Positions 7,707 through 17,257 of a stretch of 64,000 bases of DNA are shown piece by piece. Below the pieces are notes generated by a model. That model was not told the DNA's origin. It saw only the letters and a list, made by a program, of their open reading frames with translations, and ran no database searches. Every line of letters begins with the position of its first letter. Positions within the stretch are counted from its first letter, which is position 1. The stretch is from Oscillospiraceae bacterium. GTDB lineage: Bacteria; Bacillota; Clostridia; Oscillospirales; Oscillospiraceae. The position numbers and the translations under genes were made by a program. The DNA lies in the NCBI GenBank assembly GCA_020025715.1, contig JAHHRQ010000003.1:105-64104 (forward strand), given 5' to 3'.

Positions 7707-8825
7707 TCAAAGCTCGATTACTCCCACGCCGCCGTCCTTATCTTCCGCCTCCTGGATAAGGCGCAGAAGCTCTCTGTCGGTGTAGATATTGAGAGGTTCA
7801 ATGTTTAAAAGCTCTGCCTCACGCTCCATAAGCTTTATAAGAATATCGTAGTAGCTGTCCTTTTCCGCATCCAGCTTTCTGGCTATTCTGGGCAGCACCT
7901 TTTCGCACAGGGTTCTGAGGCTTTCATCCCCATCCTCGTCGTAAAGCCGGTCAACCAGCATGGTAAGGGCTTCCTTTTCGCTCATGGTTTTTTCTATGCA
8001 GTACCGTCTGCCGGAAAGTCCGTAAAGCACACGCATAGTGTCATAATAGCCTATGCTCATATCACGGCGGGCCTGCTGAGCGTCAAAATTCAAAACGCCG
8101 CCCAAATCAAACTCTGTATCAACCATAGTGAGGTTTACATCATCCGGCATTTTAAAGCGCCGCTCTCTGCCGTGACCGGGAATTCTGATTGCAATAATAT
8201 CCTTGTAGCCTCTGGAAACAAGGGCATGGAGAGGCAGAGTGTCCATAAGGCCGCCGTCGGCATACAGCTTGCCCCCCAGCTTTTCCAGTCTGAATGTGGG
8301 GTGATAGGCGGAGGCAAGGAGCATATCGCAGATTTTCTCTGCGGGAAGGTCGTTTATTTTAATTTCAAGGGGTTTAAGCTCGCTTAAGGAAACGGTTGTA
8401 ACATAAAGCTCCACGGGGCTTTCCTTTATCGCCTTTTCGTCCACCATTTCCTTTATCCACTGGCGGAGCGGTGCAACGTCAAGACCCCGGTTTTTAATAA
8501 GCCCCAGAGCCTGAGGGAGAAGCTCGTCAATGTCGGAGAATTCCACATCCCCGTTTAAAACCTTTTTAAGGTCCTTTTCCTCCTCTGAGGAGAGCTGTAT
8601 GACCTGAGTGAGCCGTATATCCTTCCATACCTTAACTGCTCTCTCAATATCTCCCATTACCATAAGGGCGCCGTTGAGTGCTCCGACAGAGGTGCCGGAT
8701 ACCGCATTAAACTTTATCCCGCACTCCTTGAGAGCAATCCATGCGCCGATTTCGTATCCGCCTTTTGCACCACCGCCTTCCAGAGCTATGGCATAAGTTT
8801 TGTCAGTATCAAGCTGTAATTTCAT
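7707..8825 (-). CDS. Patatin-like phospholipase
   Basis: GGGAKGGYEIG oxyanion motif, GTSVGAL (G-x-S-x-G) and YADGG catalytic Asp motif. Start moved from GTG 8831 to ATG 8825, which has AAGGGGAG 7 nt upstream. Confidence 0.85.
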   Translation of the reverse strand: MKLQLDTDKTYAIALEGGGAKGGYEIGAWIALKECGIKFNAVSGTSVGALNGALMVMGDIERAVKVWKDIRLTQVIQLSSEEEKDLKKVLNGDVEFSDIDELLPQALGLIKNRGLDVAPLRQWIKEMVDEKAIKESPVELYVTTVSLSELKPLEIKINDLPAEKICDMLLASAYHPTFRLEKLGGKLYADGGLMDTLPLHALVSRGYKDIIAIRIPGHGRERRFKMPDDVNLTMVDTEFDLGGVLNFDAQQARRDMSIGYYDTMRVLYGLSGRRYCIEKTMSEKEALTMLVDRLYDEDGDESLRTLCEKVLPRIARKLDAEKDSYYDILIKLMEREAELLNIEPLNIYTDRELLRLIQEAEDKDGGVGVIEL

Positions 8826-8844
8826 AAACACTCCCCTTTTTACT

Positions 8845-8898
8845 TATAAAAAAGGCCGGAGTTAACCAGACCGGTATAAATCTGGCCTGTTCTCCGGC
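8845..8898 (-). terminator. Rho-independent terminator after the transketolase genes
   Basis: Long imperfect hairpin with outer stem GCCGGAG (8855-8861) / CTCCGGC (8892-8898) and inner CCAGA/TCTGG. Followed on the minus strand by CTTTTTTAT. Confidence 0.7.
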
Positions 8899-8911
8899 TT
8901 TTTAATCTTTT

Positions 8912-9859
8912 TTACTTTTTAAGGCTTACTGCCTTCTCTGCCATTTCGGCAATCTTTTCGCAGGTGAGGCCGTAGTGCTGCAAAACTTCCTCAGCCTTGC
9001 CGCTTCTGCCGAACTCATCCATAACGCCGTGGCGCAGAACGGGAACGGGGCACTTTTCACTGCACAGTCCGCAGACAGCTTCACCCAGGCCGCCGATAAC
9101 GGAGTGCTCCTCAGAGGTAACAATGCAGCCGGTTTCTCTTGCTGCTTTGAGGACTATCTCCTCATCCAGAGGCTTAATGGTGTGCATGTCGATTACTCTG
9201 GCGGAAATGCCCTTTCCTTCCAGAATTTCTGCTGCCTTTACAGCTCTTCCGACCATAAGGCCGGTGGCTATAATAGTAACATCCTTACCGTCTTTAAGGC
9301 ATACGCCCTTGCCTATCTCAAAATCGTAATCCTTAACCTCGTCAGTGAAAATCTCACTGTCGGAGCGCTGAAGGCGCATATATGCAGGGCCGTCGTAGTT
9401 TAACAGAGCCTCAACAGCCTTCTTCATTTCGTAACCGTCGCAGGGGCAGAGAACAGTCATGCCGGGAATGGCGCGCATAAGAGCGAAGTCCTCAACGCAC
9501 TGGTGGGTTGCGCCGTCCTCACCGACGGAAACACCGCCGTGAGAGCCGATGACTTTAACATTAAGGCCGGGGTATGCAACGGAGTTTCTCACCTGCTCAT
9601 ATGCTCTGCCGGCGGTAAACATTGCAAAGCTGTTGCAGAAGGGCTTTAAGCCGGTGGTAGCCATACCGGCGGCAATGCCGGTCATGTTGCACTCGGCAAT
9701 ACCGCAGTCGAAAAATCTCTCAGGGAAAGCCTTTGCAAAGGAATTGGTCTTGGTGGCACCGGACAGGTCTGCATCCAGTACAACAAGCTCGGGATATTTG
9801 GGAGCAAGCTCCACTAAAGCTTCACCGTAAGCGGTGCGGGTTGCAATTTTTCCTGCCAT
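8912..9859 (-). CDS. Transketolase, C-terminal (pyrimidine-binding) subunit of a split enzyme
   Basis: 315 aa. FFDCGIAECNMTGIAAG and GSHGGVSVGEDGATHQ. Lies directly downstream of the N-terminal subunit gene with a 1-nt gap. Confidence 0.9.
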   Translation of the reverse strand: MAGKIATRTAYGEALVELAPKYPELVVLDADLSGATKTNSFAKAFPERFFDCGIAECNMTGIAAGMATTGLKPFCNSFAMFTAGRAYEQVRNSVAYPGLNVKVIGSHGGVSVGEDGATHQCVEDFALMRAIPGMTVLCPCDGYEMKKAVEALLNYDGPAYMRLQRSDSEIFTDEVKDYDFEIGKGVCLKDGKDVTIIATGLMVGRAVKAAEILEGKGISARVIDMHTIKPLDEEIVLKAARETGCIVTSEEHSVIGGLGEAVCGLCSEKCPVPVLRHGVMDEFGRSGKAEEVLQHYGLTCEKIAEMAEKAVSLKK

Positions 9860-9860
9860 A

Positions 9861-10706
9861 TTACTCTGCCTCCAGTTCTTTTATCTGAGCGTTAAGCTCA
9901 TTCACGGCAATCTCATACTGCTCGTCATTGGGAGCCTTGCCGTGCCAGCCGGCCTGATCTTCCATGTAGGAAACACCCTTGCCCTTGGTAGTGGCAGCAA
10001 TAATAACAGTGGGCTGTCCCTTTACCTCGCGGGCCTCTCTGAGTGCCTCGCGGATTGCGGAATAATCGTGGCCGTCTATCTTTATAACGTGCCAGTTGAA
10101 TGCTCTGAACTTGTCATCCAGAGGCTCGGAAGGCATAACGTCACTGGTTTTACCGTCTATCTGAAGACCGTTAACATCGACGAAAGCACAGAGGTTATCA
10201 AGCTGCCACTTAGCAGCAGCCATTGCAGCCTCCCAGATCTGGCCCTCGTCTATCTCACCGTCACCGCAGAGAGCGTAGGTGCGGTAGCTTTTGCCTCTGA
10301 GCTTTGCGGAAACTGCCATTCCAACAGCAGCGCTCAGACCCTGACCCAGAGAACCGGTGGACATGTCAACGCCCTTTACATTCACCATATCGGGGTGGCC
10401 TGACAGGTGGGACTTAATGGAGCGAAGAAGTTTCAGGTCTTCCTGAGGGAAAAAGCCTCTCAGGGCAAGCATAGCATAAAGTGCAGGAGCGCAGTGGCCC
10501 TTTGAGAGCACAAATCTGTCTCTGTCCTCCCAGCGGGGGTCCTCAGGTTTTATATTCATCTCATCAAAATATAAAACGCTCATAATGTCCATGCAGCTCA
10601 GGGAGCCGCCCGGATGTCCGGATTTTGCCTCATGTATGGCATCTACCGCCAGAAGCCGCCCCTTGGCAGCCATGAGCCGAAGCTCTCTCTCGGATAATTT
10701 TTCCAT
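9861..10706 (-). CDS. Transketolase, N-terminal (TPP-binding) subunit of a split enzyme
   Basis: SGHPGGSLS, GSLGQGLSAAVGMA, CGDGEIDEGQIWEA. Start moved to ATG 10706 (AAGGA 8 nt upstream); the ATG at 10733 has no SD. Confidence 0.88.
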   Translation of the reverse strand: MEKLSERELRLMAAKGRLLAVDAIHEAKSGHPGGSLSCMDIMSVLYFDEMNIKPEDPRWEDRDRFVLSKGHCAPALYAMLALRGFFPQEDLKLLRSIKSHLSGHPDMVNVKGVDMSTGSLGQGLSAAVGMAVSAKLRGKSYRTYALCGDGEIDEGQIWEAAMAAAKWQLDNLCAFVDVNGLQIDGKTSDVMPSEPLDDKFRAFNWHVIKIDGHDYSAIREALREAREVKGQPTVIIAATTKGKGVSYMEDQAGWHGKAPNDEQYEIAVNELNAQIKELEAE

Positions 10707-10854
10707 CTCGTCATTCCTTTCATTTATGCTCATAGGGCGAAAGCCTATTTATCAGCATGGTTTATTTTCCCACGCAAGGCCGCCCTTTGTCAAGTCAAAC
10801 TCTGTATAAATAGTATATTTACCGGAGTTTGGCTAAAAAAATCATTGATTTAGA

Positions 10855-10881
10855 TAAAAAAGCAGAGGTTTTCGCCTCTGC
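10855..10881 (-). terminator. Rho-independent terminator after moaB
   Basis: GCAGAGG (10862-10868) / CCTCTGC (10875-10881), followed on the minus strand by TTTTTTATC. Confidence 0.75.
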
Positions 10882-10891
10882 CTGCTTATTT

Positions 10892-11395
10892 TTAGGTTGC
10901 AGCGCAGTTTGCCGAGCCTTCGGAAGAGAGCATATCCATGCCGTGTTTTAAAGGTTCAATAACTGCCGCCAGATTTTCTGTTGCTGCTTTTCTGCTGCCG
11001 GGAAGATTTATTATAAGGCTGCCGCCCCGAATACCCGCCGCGCTTCTTGAAAGGCAGCCTCTGGGAGTAATCTTCATGCTCTCCGCTCTCATAGCTTCCG
11101 GTATGCCTCTGGTTTCCCGCTCAATTACCGCAAGGGTTGCCTCGGGGGTAATGTCTCTGCGGGCAAAGCCGGTTCCCCCGGTAGTCAGCACCATGGAGAT
11201 TTTAAGCTCATCGCAGCACTTTATAAGCTCTGCCTTTATAAGCTCCATTTCGTCGGGCACGGTGGCTCTGTAAACTACATCCCAGCCCTCGTTCTCTGCC
11301 ATTTCCGCTATGGCGGGGCCGCTGGTGTCCTCCCGCTCACCGCTTGAGCACTTGTCGCTTACAGTTATTACCGCCGCTGTATATTTTTCGCTCAC
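10892..11395 (-). CDS. moaB: Molybdenum cofactor biosynthesis protein B / MogA family
   Basis: AAVITVSDK...SGP..., LTTGGTGFARRD, PGS. Start set to GTG 11395, which has GGAGG 7 nt upstream and follows the moaC stop directly. The longer ORF to 11494 would overlap moaC by about 100 nt. Confidence 0.85.
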   Translation of the reverse strand: MSEKYTAAVITVSDKCSSGEREDTSGPAIAEMAENEGWDVVYRATVPDEMELIKAELIKCCDELKISMVLTTGGTGFARRDITPEATLAVIERETRGIPEAMRAESMKITPRGCLSRSAAGIRGGSLIINLPGSRKAATENLAAVIEPLKHGMDMLSSEGSANCAAT

Positions 11396-11397
11396 TC

Positions 11398-11883
11398 TTA
11401 TTCCTCCTTCCTTAAGTAGTCTCCGTGAACACCGCCTGTCTTGCTCACAAGGCGTATATCCGTTATAACCATATCCTTCTGCACAGCCTTGCACATGTCG
11501 TATACCGTCAGCGCCGCCGTTGAAACCGCGGTGAGAGCCTCCATTTCAACGCCTGTTCTGCCGTCGCAGCTGACTTCTGCATAAATTTCAACTGACTGTC
11601 TTTCCTCACACAGGGAAAGTTCCAGATTAACTCCGTCTATAATTACCGGGTGGCACATGGGGATTAAATCCGGCACCCGCTTTGCACCCATAACTCCCGC
11701 AATCTGGGCAACAGTCAGTACATCCCCTTTTTTCATGCCGCCGCTTTTTATAAGATTAAAGGTATTTTCATTAACCAGCACTCTTGCCCCTGCTCTTGCA
11801 GTGCGGACGCTTACAGGCTTTTCCCCTACGTCCACCATTTTGGCTCTGCCCTGATTATTGAAATGAGTAAAATCTGCCATCAT
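11398..11883 (-). CDS. moaC: Cyclic pyranopterin monophosphate synthase MoaC
   Basis: 161 aa. MVDVGEKP..., PMCHP, EALTAVSTAALTVYDMCKA. Confidence 0.92.
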   Translation of the reverse strand: MMADFTHFNNQGRAKMVDVGEKPVSVRTARAGARVLVNENTFNLIKSGGMKKGDVLTVAQIAGVMGAKRVPDLIPMCHPVIIDGVNLELSLCEERQSVEIYAEVSCDGRTGVEMEALTAVSTAALTVYDMCKAVQKDMVITDIRLVSKTGGVHGDYLRKEE

Positions 11884-12837
11884 TCAGCCTCCAATCTGGT
11901 TCATGTTCCGGCCTGCCTTGCTGCGGTTATTGCAGTCCAGTGCGCCGTGCCATTCGGGTTTAGCATGTATAGCTCTTATCATCTGCCCTCTCATGCCTTC
12001 CTCATCAAGCCCCTTTATGGAAATCTCATCCGAGGAGTGGAGGCAGGGCTTCAGCTTTCCGTCGGCTGTAAGCCTTATACGGTTGCACTCCGCGCAGAAA
12101 TGAGCGCTTACAGGGCTTATAAGGCCTATATTGCCCATGGCTCCGGGGAGTCTGTAAAGCCGCGCCACGCTGCCGTCACAGGGAACCTTCTCAGCCTCAG
12201 GCAGTTCCTCCAGAACCCGCTCGTTTGAAATAAAGGCCTCAGGGCCGAAATCTCCGCTGTCGTACATAGGCATAAGCTCTATAAAGCGTATATCCACAGG
12301 ATAGCGCATGGTAAGCTCAGCCAAGGAGCGGATTTCATCATCATTAAATCCGCCGATTAAAACCGTGTTTATTTTAATTTTCTTAAATCCGGCAAGAAGA
12401 GCCGCTCTCAGCCCCTCTTCCGCCTGAGAAAGTGTTCCCCGCCGGGTCATGTAGGCGTATTTTTCGGCATTTAAAGTATCAAGGCTTATATTAACCCTCT
12501 TTACTCCCGCCTCTTTAAGAGGCTGTGCAAGCTTCGGGAGCTTAATGCCGTTTGTAGTAATACACACCTCTTCAATTCCGGGCACCGAGGCTGCATTACG
12601 GCATATTTCCACTATATTTTTGTTAACCAGCGGCTCCCCGCCGGTTATTCTGATTTTTCTTATTCCCAAAGAGGCCGCCGCACGCACAGCGCAGGCCATT
12701 TCCTCCACAGTAAGCATAAGCTCAGGGGCTTTTTTGCATATTCCGTTTTCAGGCATGCAATATCGGCAGCGCAGATCACAGAGCTCCGTCACCGACATTC
12801 GCATGTATGTGATTTCTCGTCCGTAATTGTCAGTCAT
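11884..12837 (-). CDS. moaA: GTP 3',8-cyclase MoaA (radical SAM)
   Basis: 317 aa. CDLRCRYCMP (CX3CX2C). The second cluster region is CAECNRIRLTADGKLKPCL. Ends in GG. Confidence 0.92.
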   Translation of the reverse strand: MTDNYGREITYMRMSVTELCDLRCRYCMPENGICKKAPELMLTVEEMACAVRAAASLGIRKIRITGGEPLVNKNIVEICRNAASVPGIEEVCITTNGIKLPKLAQPLKEAGVKRVNISLDTLNAEKYAYMTRRGTLSQAEEGLRAALLAGFKKIKINTVLIGGFNDDEIRSLAELTMRYPVDIRFIELMPMYDSGDFGPEAFISNERVLEELPEAEKVPCDGSVARLYRLPGAMGNIGLISPVSAHFCAECNRIRLTADGKLKPCLHSSDEISIKGLDEEGMRGQMIRAIHAKPEWHGALDCNNRSKAGRNMNQIGG

Positions 12838-12867
12838 GTTCCCTAACTCCTGAATATATGATACTTA

Positions 12868-12896
12868 ATTATAAGCCCCAAGTTATTTTTTATCAA
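12868..12896 (-). promoter_or_regulatory. Candidate sigma-A promoter of moaA-moaC-moaB
   Basis: Minus strand TTGATA (12896-12891), 17 nt, TATAAT (12873-12868). The leader is about 30 nt with AGGAG. Confidence 0.6.
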
Positions 12897-12905
12897 TCCC
12901 GGCAC

Positions 12906-12933
12906 TTGAATTTTCTTTTCTATATTGTATAAT
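12906..12933 (+). promoter_or_regulatory. Candidate sigma-A promoter of the ACT/UPF0210 pair
   Basis: TTGAAT (12906-12911), 16 nt, TATAAT (12928-12933). Back-to-back with the moaA promoter. Confidence 0.5.
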
Positions 12934-12964
12934 AAAACCATTCCACAGAAATAAGGAGAGAGAT

Positions 12965-13234
12965 ATGAAAGCAATAGTCAGCGTATTTGCTAAAGACGCA
13001 AAGGGCATCACCGCCCACGTTACCGCTCTTTTGGCAGAGCAGAATATAAATATACTGGACATCAGCCAGACCCTCATGCAGGAATACTTTGCAATGATCA
13101 TGCTCGTAGACCTGACCGACTGCAAAATGACTTTCGAGGAACTGAGCACCCACTTACAGGAAAAGGGTGCTGAGAAGGCTCTGGATATTCACATCCAGCG
13201 TCAGGATATTTTTGAAGCAATGCACAGGATTTGA
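12965..13234 (+). CDS. ACT-domain protein, UPF0237 family
   Basis: 89 aa. The pattern MKAIVSVFAKDAKGITAHVTALLAEQNINILDISQT is typical of the small ACT protein that precedes UPF0210 genes. AAGGAGAG SD. Confidence 0.85.
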   Translation: MKAIVSVFAKDAKGITAHVTALLAEQNINILDISQTLMQEYFAMIMLVDLTDCKMTFEELSTHLQEKGAEKALDIHIQRQDIFEAMHRI

Positions 13235-13243
13235 GGTTAAGGC

Positions 13244-14599
13244 ATGAGTTATCTTTTAAACAGTAATGAAATTCTGCAGACTATTCAGATGATAGACCAG
13301 CAGCATCTGGACGTCCGTACCGTTACAATGGGTATAAATCTGCTGGACTGTGCAAACAACGATATAAACGTTTGCTGCAATAACATTTACGACAAGATAT
13401 GCCGTAAAGCTGAACATCTGGTTGAGACCGCATGTAATATTGAGAGGGAATTCGGTATTCCCATAGTAAACAAGCGTGTTTCCGTCACCCCTATTTCTCT
13501 TGTAGCCGCAAGCTGCAAAACCGACGACTACACTCCCCTTGCCCTGACTCTTGACAAGGCTGCAAAGGAAGTGGGCATTAACTTTATAGGCGGCTTCTCC
13601 GCTCTCTGCCACAAGGGCTTTACAGAGAGCGACGTTAAGCTTATAAACTCCATTCCCCGTGCTCTTACCGAAACCGACATTGTATGCTCCAGCATTAACG
13701 TTGCATCTACAAGAGCAGGAATTAACATGGACGCCGTTGCTCTTATGGGTAAAATAATAAGACAGACTGCGGACATTGACCCCATGGGCTGTGCAAAGCT
13801 GGTTGTATTCTCCAACGCCGTTGAGGATAACCCCTTTATGGCAGGTGCTTTCCACGGCGTAGGCGAACCGGAGTGCGTTATAAACGTTGGTGTTTCCGGC
13901 CCCGGCGTTGTGGCTCACGCTCTTAAAGAGTGCAAGGGCAAGCCCTTTGACGATGTGGCAGAGACTATCAAAAAGACTGCCTTCAAGATTACCCGTATGG
14001 GTGAGCTGGTGGCACAGGAGGCATCCAAGCGTCTGGGCGTACCTTTCGGTGTGGTTGACCTGTCTCTGGCTCCCACTCCCGCAGTGGGCGACAGCGTGGC
14101 AGAAATTCTGGAAATCATGGGTCTTGAAAAATGCGGAACTCACGGCACCACCGCAGCTCTGGCCCTCTTAAATGACGCTGTTAAAAAGGGCGGCGTTATG
14201 GCATCCAGCCACGTGGGCGGCCTTTCCGGCGCTTTCATTCCTGTTTCCGAGGATGCAGGTATGATTTCCGCTGTTGAAAGCGGCTCTCTGTGCATTGAAA
14301 AGCTGGAGGCTATGACCTGTGTATGCTCCGTCGGTCTTGACATGATTGCCGTTCCCGGCGACACCAAGGCCGAGACCATTTCCGCAATCATTGCAGACGA
14401 GGCTGCAATAGGCATGGTAAACAACAAGACCACCGCCGTCCGCCTTATCCCCGCCAAGGGCAAGAAGGTTGGCGACAAAATAGACTTCGGCGGTCTTTTA
14501 GGCTCTGCCCCTGTTATTTCTCTCCATGAGGAATCTCCGGCTGAGTTTGTAGCAAGAGGCGGCAGAATTCCCGCACCTCTCCACAGCCTTAAAAACTGA
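13244..14599 (+). CDS. UPF0210 (DUF711) family protein
   Basis: 451 aa. Begins 9 nt after the ACT gene. Length and the conserved pairing with UPF0237 match the family as I remember it. Confidence 0.8.
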   Translation: MSYLLNSNEILQTIQMIDQQHLDVRTVTMGINLLDCANNDINVCCNNIYDKICRKAEHLVETACNIEREFGIPIVNKRVSVTPISLVAASCKTDDYTPLALTLDKAAKEVGINFIGGFSALCHKGFTESDVKLINSIPRALTETDIVCSSINVASTRAGINMDAVALMGKIIRQTADIDPMGCAKLVVFSNAVEDNPFMAGAFHGVGEPECVINVGVSGPGVVAHALKECKGKPFDDVAETIKKTAFKITRMGELVAQEASKRLGVPFGVVDLSLAPTPAVGDSVAEILEIMGLEKCGTHGTTAALALLNDAVKKGGVMASSHVGGLSGAFIPVSEDAGMISAVESGSLCIEKLEAMTCVCSVGLDMIAVPGDTKAETISAIIADEAAIGMVNNKTTAVRLIPAKGKKVGDKIDFGGLLGSAPVISLHEESPAEFVARGGRIPAPLHSLKN

Positions 14600-14613
14600 T
14601 AAATATAAAAACA

Positions 14614-14637
14614 GCCGCAGAACGAAAGTTCTGCGGC
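14614..14637. terminator. Bidirectional terminator between UPF0210 gene and DUF3810 gene
   Basis: GCCGCAGAAC-GAAA-GTTCTGCGGC, flanked by AAAAA on the left and ATTTTTTATTTT on the right. The flanking genes are convergent. Confidence 0.85.
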
Positions 14638-14642
14638 ATTTT

Positions 14643-15779
14643 TTATTTTACGGCTTCAAGAGCTTCATCGTAATAGTAATTTACAAGCAGGTCCACACAT
14701 GCACCATAGCTTTTCATACCAAGTTTCTGGTCATAGCTCTGCAAAAAGCCCTCATACACCGTATTCATAGTGCTCTGTGCAGGGCCTTCAAACTGCTTCC
14801 AGTAAGCCCGATTTTCGGCAAAATCCAAAAGAACATAGTCATTAAGACTGCTGTAAATTTCTTTCCACGCTTCGTGGTCTGCTTTATACAGGGCATTTCC
14901 CAGATGGGTATAAGCAAGAAGAGCGGCGGAATATACGAAATCTTCCTGCCCGTATTCAAGACTTGAAAGGACAGCGGCAAAGTTTGCCTCCTGCTCCTTG
15001 GCAATGCCTCTCTGGTGAGCAAGCTCATGGGCGACTGTGGAGGGGAAAAGGTTCTGGGGAAAATCAACATTCACATTGGCCTCGCCTGTAAAGGGGAAGA
15101 AAAAGCCTGTAAAATCCGTATAGCTTAGGATTTTGGAAAACTTAAAGCCCTTAGCTCTCAGCACCTTACCCTCAAGACATGGAAATTCATCCTCTATATT
15201 TTCGTAAAGCTCCGGAGACATTCGCATTATCTCTTCTCTGTCAGGTCTGTAAAAGCCTTTCTCGTCACGCTCTACCTTTTGGGAGTATTCATTTGCCATA
15301 TCGGCAAAATACTGCGTAACCGTTTTCAGCTGCTCCACGCTTATCTTTTCATTCTTTAATCCGCTTCTGCTTATAAAATCATCAGCGTAATAGTAAGTCC
15401 CCCAGAAAACGGAAAAGAGGGCATAAACTAAAAGTGCGAACGATAACAATGGCAGAATTGTTTTATAAAGCAGTTTAAGCCTTTCCTTTTGGCAGATTAA
15501 ACGGACAATGCTGTATATAAGGTATGCAATAACCCCAATACCGGCAGAGATTATAAGCACTTCCGCAACGGAAAAATGCACTCCGTTTAATATTCCCGCC
15601 ACTGTCTGATGATAGGGGCGCACAAAGTTTTCCGAAATCTTCACCATAAGCACCTTATTGTGGCGCAGAGCCAAGTGAAGCAGAATTATAAATGCGCTTA
15701 ATAAGCCCACTGTATGAGCAAACGGGCACAGCTTATAGAAGTTTTTCAATTTTGTTTTCATGTTCTGTAATTTTTCCAT
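14643..15779 (-). CDS. DUF3810-family membrane protein (putative zinc metalloprotease, HExxH)
   Basis: 378 aa. Three N-terminal TM helices. The VAHELAHQRG (HExxH) motif is followed by EANF. Confidence 0.75.
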   Translation of the reverse strand: MEKLQNMKTKLKNFYKLCPFAHTVGLLSAFIILLHLALRHNKVLMVKISENFVRPYHQTVAGILNGVHFSVAEVLIISAGIGVIAYLIYSIVRLICQKERLKLLYKTILPLLSFALLVYALFSVFWGTYYYADDFISRSGLKNEKISVEQLKTVTQYFADMANEYSQKVERDEKGFYRPDREEIMRMSPELYENIEDEFPCLEGKVLRAKGFKFSKILSYTDFTGFFFPFTGEANVNVDFPQNLFPSTVAHELAHQRGIAKEQEANFAAVLSSLEYGQEDFVYSAALLAYTHLGNALYKADHEAWKEIYSSLNDYVLLDFAENRAYWKQFEGPAQSTMNTVYEGFLQSYDQKLGMKSYGACVDLLVNYYYDEALEAVK

Positions 15780-15817
15780 AGGGCTATAATACTACTTTTC
15801 AAGCCTTTAAGCCACAG

Positions 15818-15858
15818 GAAAAAGCAAAAAACCACTGTCAGATTTAGACAGTGGTTTT
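15818..15858 (-). terminator. Rho-independent terminator after rplT
   Basis: AAAACCACTGTC / GACAGTGGTTTT (15828-15858), followed on the minus strand by TTGCTTTTTCC. Confidence 0.8.
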
Positions 15859-15883
15859 ATAAACAATTTATAAGCAAATTGAA

Positions 15884-16237
15884 TTACTTTGCGTTCTTTG
15901 CCATCTCGCAGAGAGCGGTGAAAGCAGCGGGATCATGAATAGCCATCTCGGAGAGCATCTTGCGGTTCATGTCTACGCCGGAAAGCTTCAGGCCGTGCAT
16001 GAAGGTGGAGTAGTTCATACCGTTCATCTTGCAGCCTGCGCTGATACGAGTAATCCAGAGCTGTCTGAAGTCTCTCTTCTTCTGCTTACGGCCAATGTAA
16101 GCATAGCGACCGGACTTCATCAGCTGCTGATTTGCCATTTTATAGTGACGGGACTTGTTGCCCCAGTAGCCCTTTGCAAGACCCAGAACTTTGTTTCTGT
16201 GCTTGCGGGTCATCATTGCGCCTTTAACTCTTGCCAT
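15884..16237 (-). CDS. rplT: 50S ribosomal protein L20
   Basis: 117 aa. [18 protein letters not shown]..., typical L20. Confidence 0.97.
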   Translation of the reverse strand: MARVKGAMMTRKHRNKVLGLAKGYWGNKSRHYKMANQQLMKSGRYAYIGRKQKKRDFRQLWITRISAGCKMNGMNYSTFMHGLKLSGVDMNRKMLSEMAIHDPAAFTALCEMAKNAK

Positions 16238-16265
16238 TTTTTATCCTCCTATATACCGTCAGCCC

Positions 16266-16463
16266 TTATTTGTAAGGGATCATTTTCTTAACTGTTGCGG
16301 CGTTGGTAACGTCAGCATAAGCCTCGGAACGCAGACGACGGCAACGTTTGGTATCCTTCTTGGTGAGGATGTGGCTCTTGAATGCGTGTGCGCGTTTTAC
16401 CTTGCCGGTCTTGGTGAGATTGAATCTCTTTTTAGCACCGCTATGGGTTTTCAGTTTGGGCAT
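16266..16463 (-). CDS. rpmI: 50S ribosomal protein L35
   Basis: 65 aa. [14 protein letters not shown]. Confidence 0.97.
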   Translation of the reverse strand: MPKLKTHSGAKKRFNLTKTGKVKRAHAFKSHILTKKDTKRCRRLRSEAYADVTNAATVKKMIPYK

Positions 16464-16524
16464 GATAATTTCTCCTTCCGTAACTGGGTTAAATGCAGGT
16501 ATACCCTGCTTTTAAACTTGGTGA

Positions 16525-17100
16525 TTATTCCTCAGTAGGCTCTGAGGTTTTAGGGGTCTTGGGTTTTGCCGGTTTTTTGGGCGGGGTTGCAGGCTTGGGA
16601 GAGAGGAACATAGACATGTTTCTGCCTTCAAGCTTGGGTGCCTTGTCCATAGTGGCTATCTCCGCGCATTTGGCGGCGAAGTCTTTCAAAAGCACAGCAC
16701 CGATGTCGGTGTGGGCCATTTCTCTGCCTCTGAAGCGGACGGAAACCTTAACTCTGTCACCGTCGTTCAAGAACTTCTGAGCGTTTTTGAGCTTGGTGTT
16801 AAAGTCATTGTCACCGATACCGGGAGACATACGAATTTCTTTGATCTCTATGACCCGCTGCTTTTTCTTTGCTTCCTTTTCCTTCTTTGTCTGCTCGAAG
16901 CGGTACTTTCCGTAATCCATAATCTTGCAGACGGGGGGTGTGGAGCCTGGAGCAATTTTAACCAGATCCAAATCCTTTTCAGCGGCGATTTCCAGCGCCT
17001 CGCGGGCAGACATAATACCCAGCTGTTCTCCCTGGTCGCCGATCAGGCGGATTTCCTTATCATTGATCTCTTCGTTGATTTGATGATTAGCGCTTGCGAT
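16525..17100 (-). CDS. infC: Translation initiation factor IF-3 (non-AUG start)
   Basis: INEEINDKEIRLIGDQGEQLGIMS... aligns with IF-3 N-termini. GGAGG lies 8 nt upstream of an ATC codon (17100-17098). The canonical in-frame starts further upstream fall inside the leader terminator or lack an SD. There is a Pro/Lys-rich C-terminal tail. Confidence 0.88.
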   Translation of the reverse strand: MASANHQINEEINDKEIRLIGDQGEQLGIMSAREALEIAAEKDLDLVKIAPGSTPPVCKIMDYGKYRFEQTKKEKEAKKKQRVIEIKEIRMSPGIGDNDFNTKLKNAQKFLNDGDRVKVSVRFRGREMAHTDIGAVLLKDFAAKCAEIATMDKAPKLEGRNMSMFLSPKPATPPKKPAKPKTPKTSEPTEE

Positions 17101-17257
17101 ATGAAACACCTCCGGAAAATATAAAAAGCGCGGAAGCTCAGCATCCGCGCGTAAAAACACCTTAATCCCGTTACGGGAGTTGTTTTATTGACCTCGGCTG
17201 ACCTTTTGCCGCCGGGTGAGGACGTGGATACCGTACCTTCTTTATTTTAGCATTGGT
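17101..17257 (-). promoter_or_regulatory. L20-leader-type transcription attenuator of the infC operon
   Basis: A ~150-nt untranslated leader between the promoter and infC. It ends in an intrinsic terminator (GCGCGGA-N9-TCCGCGC, 17150-17128, then TTTTTATATTTT) immediately before the infC SD. This arrangement matches the L20-dependent attenuation described for Bacillus infC-rpmI-rplT. Confidence 0.6.

Noticed and set aside
11396-11494. N-terminal extension of the moaB ORF (MQGCAEGYGYNG...) overlapping moaC by about 100 nt.
   Set aside because: An SD-supported GTG at 11395 follows the moaC stop directly, and the MoaB/Mog homology starts there. The extension is Cys/Gly/Arg-rich out-of-frame moaC sequence.
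12838-12964. Possible Moco riboswitch upstream of moaA.
   Set aside because: With the TTGATA-17-TATAAT promoter the leader is only about 30 nt. The whole divergent intergenic region is 127 bp and is filled by two promoters. There is no room for the ~130-nt Moco RNA motif and no matching conserved stems.
16525-17160. Longest infC ORF starting at GTG 17160 (MFLRADAELPRFLYFPEVFH...).
   Set aside because: The extension is translated from the leader terminator hairpin and the SD itself, and the IF-3 homology begins only at about 17100.
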